Shown piece by piece: positions 9,952-18,221 of a stretch of DNA of 64,000 nucleotides; within the stretch, counting starts at the first letter, position 1, and every line of letters begins with the position of its first letter. The stretch lies in the IMG/VR virus record IMGVR_UViG_3300028416_000004, positions 124,001 through 188,000 of that record, one strand, 5' to 3'. Made by a program: the position numbers and the translations under genes. The notes under the pieces are model-generated. The model saw nothing but the letters and a program-made list of their open reading frames with translations, was not told the origin of the DNA and searched no databases.

Positions 9952-10338
9952 ATGAAAGCTATAATTGCAGTAAACAAATTGGGGTATATAGGTAAAGAAG
10001 AGAGTTTACCTTGGAAATGTAAAGATGATTTAAATCATTTTAAAAAAATGACTATGGGTTGCAAGTTACTTGTAGGTAGAAAAACTTATGAAACTTTACC
10101 CCCCCTAAAAGGAAGGGAATTAATTGTTGTAGGGAAAGGTTATAATACTTTAGAGGAAGCACTTGAACAAAAACCAGATTGGATTATAGGTGGAAAAAAA
10201 ATTTATGAATCAACAATTCATTTATGTGACGAACTTCATATATCTGAAATAAATGATGAAACTATAGGTGATACTAAAATGCCAGAGATAAAAAACTTTT
10301 TTGGTAAGAAAATTTTTTATAAATTTGACATAGATTAA
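9952..10338 (+). CDS. folA: Dihydrofolate reductase (compact)
   Basis: IIAVN..GYIG...LPW...DLNHFKKMT, VGRKTYE, LKGR, WIIGG..IY, GDT.MP. Confidence 0.9.
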   Translation: MKAIIAVNKLGYIGKEESLPWKCKDDLNHFKKMTMGCKLLVGRKTYETLPPLKGRELIVVGKGYNTLEEALEQKPDWIIGGKKIYESTIHLCDELHISEINDETIGDTKMPEIKNFFGKKIFYKFDID

Positions 10339-10349
10339 AAAAAAAATAA

Positions 10350-11954
10350 ATGGAAAATAAAAATTTTATAGAAAGTATAATTGAAAATGATAATTTAAAA
10401 GAAATAGTAACTAGATTCCCCCCAGAAAATTCTGGTTACCTTCATTTGGGACATGCTAAATCTATATTTTTAAATTTTGGGTTAGCAGAAAAGTATAAGG
10501 GAAAATGTAATTTAAGAATTGATGATACAAATCCTTCTAATGAATCTGACATTTATACAAAATCTATAATTGAAAACATTAAATGGTTAGGTTTAAATCC
10601 AAACAAGATTACTTATGCTTCAGATTATTTTGAAGAAATTTATAATTTTGCTATAGAATTAATAAAAAAAGGTAAAGCTTATGTATGTTCTTTAGATTCA
10701 AAAGAGATAAAAGAATACATGGGTACAACTGACAAGCCAGGAAAACCTAGTCCAAATAGAAATTTAACTGTAGAAGAAAATTTGCTTTTATTTGATTCTA
10801 TGAAAAAAGGTCAAATTAATGATGGAGCAATGACTTTAAGAGCTAAAATAGATATGTCTTCTCCAAATGTACATATGAGAGACCCGATTATATACAGAAT
10901 TAAAATGGAAAACCATCAAAAAACTGGAGATAAATGGTGTATATATCCTATGTATGATTTTGCTCATTGTTTGTCCGATGCTATTGAATGTATTACTCAT
11001 TCTATTTGTACTTTAGAATTTGAACCGCATAGACCTCTTTATAATTGGATTTTAAATGAGTTAATTGAAAGAGAAATTAAACCAAAACAAATAGAATTTT
11101 CTAGACTTAATTTATCTCATACTGTTATGAGTAAAAGGAAAATTAAAAAACTAGTAGAAGAAAATGTTGTAGATGGTTGGGATGACCCTAGACTTCCTAC
11201 TTTATCAAGTTTAAGAAGAAAAGGTGTACCAGCAAAAGCAATTAAAATCTTTTGTGATAAGATAGGAATTTCTAGAAGAGAGAGTTTAGTCGATTATTCT
11301 TTATTTGATTCTTGTATCAAAGAAGTATTAAATAAAGAAGCTAATAGAAGAATGGTTGTTTTTGACCCAATAAAGGTAACAATAACAAATTGGGATAAAG
11401 AAGATGAAATGTTACCAGCTAAATTAAATCCTGAATCTGAAGAAGAAAAATATAGATATGTAAATTTTGGTAAAAACTTATATATTGAAAGAGAAGATTT
11501 TATGGAAAATGCTCCAAAAAAATTCTTTAGATTGACTCAAGGTAGAGAAGTTAGGTTTAAATATGGTTATTATGTTACTTGTAATGATATTATTAAAGAT
11601 AGTGAAGGTAAAATTGTAGAACTTCTTTGCACTTATGACCCAAACACTAAAGGAGGTTGGTCAGATGATGGAAGAAAAGTGAAAGGTACTATACATTGGG
11701 TTAATGCAGATAAAAATATACCAATTAAAGTTAATTTATATGATAGACTTTTTAATGTTGAAGAGCCTGGTGAAAACTTTTTAGATGAATTAAATGAAAA
11801 ATCTAAAGTTGAAACAGATGCTTTTATGGAAATAGATGGAAATGATGAAAATGAAGGGGTTGGTATTCAATTTGAAAGAAATGGATATTATGTTAGAGAA
11901 AATTTAGATATCTGGAATAGGATTACACCACTTAAAGATTCATTTAAAATTTAA
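10350..11954 (+). CDS. glnS: Glutamine--tRNA ligase
   Basis: TRFPPE..GYLHLGHAKSI (HIGH), YPMYDFAH, THSICTLEF, VMSKRK, GWDDPRLPT, KGTIHWV, QFERNGY. Confidence 0.93.
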   Translation: MENKNFIESIIENDNLKEIVTRFPPENSGYLHLGHAKSIFLNFGLAEKYKGKCNLRIDDTNPSNESDIYTKSIIENIKWLGLNPNKITYASDYFEEIYNFAIELIKKGKAYVCSLDSKEIKEYMGTTDKPGKPSPNRNLTVEENLLLFDSMKKGQINDGAMTLRAKIDMSSPNVHMRDPIIYRIKMENHQKTGDKWCIYPMYDFAHCLSDAIECITHSICTLEFEPHRPLYNWILNELIEREIKPKQIEFSRLNLSHTVMSKRKIKKLVEENVVDGWDDPRLPTLSSLRRKGVPAKAIKIFCDKIGISRRESLVDYSLFDSCIKEVLNKEANRRMVVFDPIKVTITNWDKEDEMLPAKLNPESEEEKYRYVNFGKNLYIEREDFMENAPKKFFRLTQGREVRFKYGYYVTCNDIIKDSEGKIVELLCTYDPNTKGGWSDDGRKVKGTIHWVNADKNIPIKVNLYDRLFNVEEPGENFLDELNEKSKVETDAFMEIDGNDENEGVGIQFERNGYYVRENLDIWNRITPLKDSFKI

Positions 11955-11959
11955 AAAAA

Positions 11960-11987
11960 TGTAATATTTTTGTAAAAAAAACGTTAT
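11960..11987 (+). promoter_or_regulatory. ECF-sigma-type promoter (TGTAAT-N16-CGTTAT)
   Basis: Same motif with the same 16-nt spacer recurs at 12472-12499. Confidence 0.55.
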
Positions 11988-12011
11988 TATAAATAAATAA
12001 AAATTAATATT

Positions 12012-12476
12012 ATGAATTGTCAAGAAGAAAGATTTTATATTGCAACAATTTTTGGTTCTGAACCTACTGAAATTATTTTTGATTTAGAAAATTTAATTGA
12101 AAACTTTTTTGATTCTAATGAAATAAATTATGTTCGTGCTGGAAGTACTATTTATTTTGTTTTTTCTGAAGGAATTGAAAAAATAGATGAAATATTTCAT
12201 GACTTACCTCTTCATTCTGCTTATACAATTATTGATATAACTGATAATTTGAATGTTTTTGATTTTAGGGGTTACATAACAAACGAACATTCAGAATCAA
12301 AAAAATTTATGTCAATTATGAATAAATTTTTAGAATCAAATGAAATTGGTTTAAAAGAAGAGGAAGAAGTTGAGTTGACAAATGAAGAAAAATTAGAAAT
12401 GGCTATTTCGACAGAAAATTATGAATTAGCAGCTCAAATAAGAGATGAAATGAATAAAGTTGAATCTTCATTGTAA
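12012..12476 (+). CDS. Protein with C-terminal UvrB/UvrC (UVR) coiled-coil motif
   Basis: C-terminal KLEMAISTENYELAAQIRDEM. Confidence 0.7.
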   Translation: MNCQEERFYIATIFGSEPTEIIFDLENLIENFFDSNEINYVRAGSTIYFVFSEGIEKIDEIFHDLPLHSAYTIIDITDNLNVFDFRGYITNEHSESKKFMSIMNKFLESNEIGLKEEEEVELTNEEKLEMAISTENYELAAQIRDEMNKVESSL

Positions 12477-12499
12477 TATTTTAAAAAAAAATACGTTAT
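12472..12499 (+). promoter_or_regulatory. ECF-sigma-type promoter (TGTAAT-N16-CGTTAT)
   Basis: TGTAATATTTT...ACGTTAT, second copy of the 11960 motif. Confidence 0.55.
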
Positions 12500-12528
12500 A
12501 AAAATATAAACCATTAAAAATAAAAAAA

Positions 12529-13047
12529 ATGAAAAAAATATTTAGTTTAATTATTTTAATTTTATTAACAGTATCTTGTACACATAAAGATGTTAATGAA
12601 TCTGTAGAGATAAAACAAGATAATTTAAAAAATGTGAAATTATTAAAAAAAGAAACAAAAAAAGAATTTAATCCTTCTTTAATTAATGGTTCAGATATAT
12701 TAACTATATTTTTAAGTTATAAAAAATATTCTCAATATGAACAAATGGTTAATATGTGCTTAATTGAAAATGGAAAAGAATTTTATGATATCAAAAATTA
12801 TTGTAAAAGTATTAAAAATTTTCCAAGAATAGGAGAAGGTAGAGATAAAACTTTTAAAATGGTTAAATGGAATAAATTGAATGACAGCACTTATGAATGT
12901 ATTTATAATTTCAAAGAATTTTATAGAGAATTTACAAATAAGAAGGTTTTAGTTAATTACAACCAAAAAACTGAAAAAGCAAAAATTATATTAGATAAAA
13001 ATAAAATATCTTTTAATGATATGAGTTCAATTTTGAGAAATGAATAA
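12529..13047 (+). CDS. Lipoprotein
   Basis: MKKIFSLIILILLTVSC signal peptide with lipobox Cys. Confidence 0.75.
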   Translation: MKKIFSLIILILLTVSCTHKDVNESVEIKQDNLKNVKLLKKETKKEFNPSLINGSDILTIFLSYKKYSQYEQMVNMCLIENGKEFYDIKNYCKSIKNFPRIGEGRDKTFKMVKWNKLNDSTYECIYNFKEFYREFTNKKVLVNYNQKTEKAKIILDKNKISFNDMSSILRNE

Positions 13048-13072
13048 AAAAAGCCCTAATTAGGGCTTTTTT
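13047..13072. terminator. Bidirectional intrinsic terminator
   Basis: AAAAAAGCCCTAATTAGGGCTTTTTT perfect palindrome between convergent genes. Confidence 0.8.
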
Positions 13073-13073
13073 G

Positions 13074-13301
13074 TTAGTAGTTTACATATAAACACTTAAA
13101 AGTGCTATCTATTAATGTTATATCTTTTATTGTTGGATATTCTAAAATTAAATAGTTATCTATTAAACTTTTAAGAGTTGTAACATCTGTAATAACATTT
13201 TCCATTACAATAATATATGATTTTATGTTATTTTCTCTACAAACAATAACGTTTCCATAATTATTTAAATCATTTTCTAAAGCTTGATTATCTATTGCCA
13301 T
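13074..13301 (-). CDS. Hypothetical protein
   Basis: 75-aa ORF starting 2 nt after the stop of the upstream fibre-like gene. Confidence 0.55.
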   Translation of the reverse strand: MAIDNQALENDLNNYGNVIVCRENNIKSYIIVMENVITDVTTLKSLIDNYLILEYPTIKDITLIDSTFKCLYVNY

Positions 13302-13303
13302 AA

Positions 13304-14587
13304 TTAGTATTTTATTTTAAAGTTAGGTCTATATGATTGGTCTCTTGTTCCATATCCAGATGGATATGAATTATCTTGATAACTATACCATGAATCATAA
13401 TAAGTGTTATCAAAATGACATTCAGCCCATCCAAAACCAGACCCCCAATTAGCATCTCTATTTTCCCAAATTATCAATAAACTATCATTTCCGTTATATT
13501 CAAAGTTATTATCGAAATCTATAGATTGATAACCAGAATTGTTTATAGTCCAGTTAAAATTTGATTTAACAGTTGTTAAGTTAGAAACGTCATTAATATT
13601 TGTTAAATCCACTTTAACATTACTTCCAAATTCTAAATCGCTAATATGAGCTAATTTTATAGTTTGATTATTAAAAGTGTAACCTGGTGTATATCCACCA
13701 ACTTCTATTTCTAAACCATGTAATATTTTACTTCCAGAGCCTATTTCTGAAGCTCTAATTATAAACATAGAGTGTGAATAATCATAATATCCATATGCAG
13801 GATATCTTTCTTCATTACTTGTCCCAACTGATGATGTCCAAATTAAATTTTGTATTACTGGTGAATTTGTACCTCCCGATGTACTTCCCGATGTACTTCC
13901 TGATGTACTTCCCGATGTACTTCCTGATGTACTTCCTGATGTATCTCCCGATGTACTTCCAGAAGTTTCTCCAGAATAAGTAATTCCACTATTAGAACTT
14001 AAAATTGAAATTGAAGAAGAACCTATCTCTACAACTTCATAATTGCCATCGACACCTTTTAAAGTAAAAAGTTTCCCATCTGCAATATTTAACATTAACT
14101 CACCAGGTAGTAAGTCGCTTACTGAAGGTGTTAAACCGCTTTGTTCTGAAGATTTAACTAAAAATTTAAAAAATCTATTACTTCCACTATAAGAAGTTTC
14201 ACCACTTATAGTACCACCATTAACAACATCTGTTTCTTTAATTACTCTAACTCCATCCAAAGAAGAGTTTGAACTATTACACAAAACAATATCATTCAAT
14301 TCTGTTGCAAAACCTAAATTTGTATATCCACTACTAGAATTATATTCACTTATGTTTAACTGATTGTTAGTTAATACATTTAATGAAGCTATTCTAAATG
14401 TAACATCATTACCTAAAGCATCACCATCTTGTATAGTTAAACCAGCACCTATACCTTTATTAGATGTATTTCCACTTAGTTGATAATTTAATACTACATT
14501 ATTATCTTCAATATTTAATTCACCTAACCTATTAAGGTAATAAGGCATTTTATCTATGTCTTGAATTTGTGAAAGAAATAATTTCAT
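13304..14587 (-). CDS. Fibre/decoration-like virion protein with (SGST)n linker
   Basis: LLPGELMLNIADGKLF fibre-type motif, S/G/T tandem linker, beta-rich C-terminal domain. Confidence 0.6.
   Translation of the reverse strand: MKLFLSQIQDIDKMPYYLNRLGELNIEDNNVVLNYQLSGNTSNKGIGAGLTIQDGDALGNDVTFRIASLNVLTNNQLNISEYNSSSGYTNLGFATELNDIVLCNSSNSSLDGVRVIKETDVVNGGTISGETSYSGSNRFFKFLVKSSEQSGLTPSVSDLLPGELMLNIADGKLFTLKGVDGNYEVVEIGSSSISILSSNSGITYSGETSGSTSGDTSGSTSGSTSGSTSGSTSGSTSGGTNSPVIQNLIWTSSVGTSNEERYPAYGYYDYSHSMFIIRASEIGSGSKILHGLEIEVGGYTPGYTFNNQTIKLAHISDLEFGSNVKVDLTNINDVSNLTTVKSNFNWTINNSGYQSIDFDNNFEYNGNDSLLIIWENRDANWGSGFGWAECHFDNTYYDSWYSYQDNSYPSGYGTRDQSYRPNFKIKY
13875..13960 (-). repeat. 12-bp tandem repeat encoding (TSGS)n
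   Basis: About 7 copies of GATGTACTTCC[CT] on the + strand; in frame. Confidence 0.9.
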
Positions 14588-14627
14588 AATATCTTTTGTT
14601 ATATAAATATTATAAAAATAAAATAAG

Positions 14628-14984
14628 TTATTTAGTTTTCCATAACATTTGTATTGCTAAGATACAAACACAAAGAAATATACATACACCTGTTTTTAAA
14701 TTTATTGGTTCATTGTTGAAATGTGATGTTAAAAATGCAAAAGATATTATACCCAAACAGAAACCTATAATACGTGATGGCCACATAGTACCACCAGTAC
14801 CTAATACAATATACTCAACACCTTTAATAAACATAAAGGAGATTGGGATAGCTATAATATATGGAAACCATGAACTCTTATTCTTAAACCATTCTACTTT
14901 AACAGGCGCATAGATTTGAAACCAAACTAATAGTTGTGCAACAAATAAAAATGCTGACCCAATACCTATCTTAATGTAATCCAT
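14628..14984 (-). CDS. Small four-TM membrane protein (SMR/DMT-like)
   Basis: Four hydrophobic segments; F.NEPIN.K..V motif resembling DMT-superfamily loops. Confidence 0.55.
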   Translation of the reverse strand: MDYIKIGIGSAFLFVAQLLVWFQIYAPVKVEWFKNKSSWFPYIIAIPISFMFIKGVEYIVLGTGGTMWPSRIIGFCLGIISFAFLTSHFNNEPINLKTGVCIFLCVCILAIQMLWKTK

Positions 14985-15027
14985 AACATCTTTTTTATAA
15001 ATATATTATAAATATTAAAGAATAAAA

Positions 15028-16503
15028 TTAATATTTTTTAAACTCAAATTTAGCTTTTCCACAATCCCATATTCTATCATAACCTAATTCTTGCATCATT
15101 TGCCATTCTGTTTTATTTTTATCATATATTTCTGGGAATTTTTTTGATATTTTATTTTTTCCAAATAAAAATTTATGAAATCTATTATATTTTGAAACTT
15201 TAGAATTATAATATGTGTAATCTGGATTTATTACTTTTTTCAATTTGAAATCATTTTTAGCATAAACATTATTTTCTTTATCAAAATTCCATCTTAAGTC
15301 TAAAAAAGTAAAAAGATTATTAAATTCATAATTATTTGAAATAAAATAAATAAATTTAGAAAATATTCCAACTACATTATAATTAATATCTGAAGCAAAT
15401 CTTTTTATTTCATAATTTTCATCTTTTATTTTTGAAACCATATTTCTTTTGTTAGATAAAGTAATAACAGAAACTAATTTACCTTCATATAAAGCTCCTA
15501 GTTTTATTTCACTTTTATCATTGCCTTGTATATGATTTTTTTCTAAAAAAATCCCTTTTTCTTTTGATGTTATCTCTTTTATAATACATTTTCTAGCAAA
15601 AATCGATGGCTTATTTTTAGTTTTTAAGATATTTTTTATTTTCTCTTTTACAATATTATTTTTCAAAAACCATTCATCTTCAAAAATATGAATTAATTTA
15701 TAGCCTTTTTTAAAACATATTTCAGATTTACTTAAATGAAAATTTCTATTTTTTTTGCCATAATTTTCTGAATGATAAAGATTTCCATTGAATTCTATAC
15801 AAATTTTTTTGTCTGGTATTATTATATCTATTTCCATACCATTAAAAATTTTTCTATTGTTTTTTAATATTTTTAAATTTAAGTCATTTTCTAAAAAATA
15901 TTTTAATTCTAATTCTGGTTTTGAAACAAAAGTTTTTTCTATTTTTTGAGAAGCTTTTTTTAAAATTTCACCTGCTTTATCTTTAAAAGAACTACTTGCA
16001 TATTGTTCTTTTGGAAATCTTAATTTATATGTTTCAAGGTTTAAATTGTGTTTTTTTAAATGTGTATTTGTTAAATATCTTACTTTTTTATTACATATTT
16101 TACAAGTAACAAAATTACCTTCTTTTATAGTTTCTAAATTTTTTTCTTTATTTTTTATAAAAGTTTTAAATTTTATAGATTCTTCTGGGAAATCTTTTAA
16201 ATATTCTTCGATGTTTTTGTTGTGCACTTTCTTTAAATGTAAAGTATATTGTCCACTTGAATTTTCTATATCTAATGTGTTCCAATTACAATATTTACAT
16301 TTGAATTTATTTTTTTCTTCCTTTTCTATTAAATCAAAATATTTAAAATGCCAATATTCTCCTTTTTCTTTTAAATATTTCCTTCTTTTATAAGAAGATT
16401 CAACTTTGATAGATAGAGTTTTTAAATGATTAGTAATACAACCACTTTTATTTTCTATATCATTAAATTCTTTTTGTGTTATTTTGCAAATTAAAACTTT
16501 CAT
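15028..16503 (-). mobile_element. Free-standing Hef-like homing endonuclease gene (zinc fingers + PD-(D/E)XK/Vsr-like nuclease + C-terminal domain)
   Basis: CKYC..HLKKVH and CKIC..HLKKH fingers; EIDIIIPDKKICIEFNGNLYH nuclease motif; IHIFEDEW; FARKC...NHIQG...RIWDCG tail. Very Lys/AT-rich and inserted after the capsid terminator. Confidence 0.7.
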
Positions 16504-16561
16504 ATTTGTAAATATAACTTAAAAAAGTCATAAAACCTAAATTAGGCATAAAATTTATAAC

Positions 16562-16592
16562 AAAAAAAAGAGGCTAACATTGTTAGCCTCTT
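16562..16592 (-). terminator. Intrinsic terminator of major capsid gene
   Basis: AAGAGGCTAACA-A-TGTTAGCCTC plus T8 on the minus strand. Confidence 0.85.
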
Positions 16593-16632
16593 AATTATTT
16601 CAAACTTACTTATAAAGTTTTAACTAATTATC

Positions 16633-18192
16633 TTAGTTATAAACTTGTTGGTAAGTGTTGATGTTATCGATTGAAATAACTCCGTAGAAACGGTTGTTAA
16701 CCATCTTCTTAGCGTAACGAGTCATAATTCCTTTTCTAGGAGTGAAATCGTTAGGGTCATAGATAGTTTGTGTTAATTGCAACGGAATGTACGGTGCATA
16801 AACATAACCAGCTTCTAAGAAAGTATCTCCTTTATGTCCACAAAGAACGATGTTTGCAGGCATATAAGGGTCTTTATAAACAACATATCTGTTTCCTAAG
16901 TTACCGATTTTCTCGATACCTAAGTTATATTTTTCAGCTTCTGGCTGAGCAGAACCATCTACGTGGAAGTATTCTAAATCATCAAAGATAGCACCAGCTT
17001 CAGCAGAACAGATAATCCAGTTAGCACCACCTCTTAAAGTAGCTTTGTGGATTTGAGCTGAAATTTCGTTTACTTTAGTGATTAAAGTTTGGTTCCAGTC
17101 TTTTTGAGTACCAAAGAAGTTTGCATTGTTTCTTAAACCAGCATAATCCCATCTAGCTTCGAACATTGCCCCATTGATAAGGTCTCTAATAATCTCTCTA
17201 TCGATTTCAGCAGCTACCTCTTCTGATAATAAAGCTGTCAATTCAGCTTCAGCATCAATACTGTGGTAAGCTTCTAAATCTTGAGCTAATTCTGGAGTCC
17301 AGTGAGCTCTCATTTTTCTTGTAATAGTATTTACTGTTACAGAAGAGAATCTAATTGTTAACTCACTCATTTCTGATTTAGCTTCTAAGTCATTGAATAC
17401 TTCATAAGCAGGAATAACAGTAAAGTCAGCTAATAATGAAGCATCAAAATCTGCACCATAAACACCAGCAGGTCTTACATCTAAAATAACTTTAGCTTGT
17501 TGACCAGAAAATTGGTCTTGACCCCAAGTTTGTAATTGAGAGTAATATTTAACGCTATCACCAGCAGCGAAAACTTCAGCTCCATCATATTCAACAGCTG
17601 TTACAGCAGAGAATCTTAAAGTTGAGCTTGATTGTTGTTTGTTAACATCAAATTGAGAACCTAAAGCAAAAGTAACTTCAACTAAACCATCAACAGTATT
17701 ACCTGAACCTAAAGTTTGTTGAGTACCATTTGCAGTTGCACCAGTTCCAAAAGAAGCAGCTTGACCTCTGTTGTCATAAAATCTTTCGTAAGCAGAATTT
17801 CCATCAAAAGTTGAACCAGCTTGACCGTTTGCTGTATTAGCAGGAGCAACTTTATCAGTTGATACTCTAGCATCCATATAGAATAACAATCCTGAAGGAA
17901 GTGCTAATGGTTGTACAGATACGATTTCGTTTGCCAATAATCTAGAGAAAATTCTTCTAACCATTGGGAATGCTACAGTGTCAAAACGACCTGCAGATGA
18001 ATCAAGTGTCACCTCATTTAACATGTGAGACGCTTGGTTTTCTAATAATTGAGCAATGTTTGATTTTTTTGCACCGTTAAGACCTTCTAAAAGTCCTGAC
18101 TTGTCCCAGTTTCCAACGATTTCTCTTCTTTGTTCTGAAAGACTTCTTAAGTTTGTTAAACCAACATTACCGCTGTTTAATAATTCACTCAT
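16633..18192 (-). CDS. Major capsid protein (T4 gp23-like)
   Basis: W.KSGLLEGL, LLENQA, VSVQP...PSGLLF, RKMRAHWTPELAQDL, EIDREII, YAPYIPL, PRKGIMTRY. Confidence 0.97.
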   Translation of the reverse strand: MSELLNSGNVGLTNLRSLSEQRREIVGNWDKSGLLEGLNGAKKSNIAQLLENQASHMLNEVTLDSSAGRFDTVAFPMVRRIFSRLLANEIVSVQPLALPSGLLFYMDARVSTDKVAPANTANGQAGSTFDGNSAYERFYDNRGQAASFGTGATANGTQQTLGSGNTVDGLVEVTFALGSQFDVNKQQSSSTLRFSAVTAVEYDGAEVFAAGDSVKYYSQLQTWGQDQFSGQQAKVILDVRPAGVYGADFDASLLADFTVIPAYEVFNDLEAKSEMSELTIRFSSVTVNTITRKMRAHWTPELAQDLEAYHSIDAEAELTALLSEEVAAEIDREIIRDLINGAMFEARWDYAGLRNNANFFGTQKDWNQTLITKVNEISAQIHKATLRGGANWIICSAEAGAIFDDLEYFHVDGSAQPEAEKYNLGIEKIGNLGNRYVVYKDPYMPANIVLCGHKGDTFLEAGYVYAPYIPLQLTQTIYDPNDFTPRKGIMTRYAKKMVNNRFYGVISIDNINTYQQVYN

Positions 18193-18221
18193 TTTTTTTC
18201 TTTTTTTTTTAATTAAGTTTG

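Noticed and set aside
13774-13983. + strand ORF with MYFPMYFL repeats
   Set aside because: Antisense reading of the 12-bp SGST repeat.
16633-18192. Intron or intein in the capsid or other core genes
   Set aside because: The ORFs are continuous, of expected size, and show no intein splice-junction motifs.
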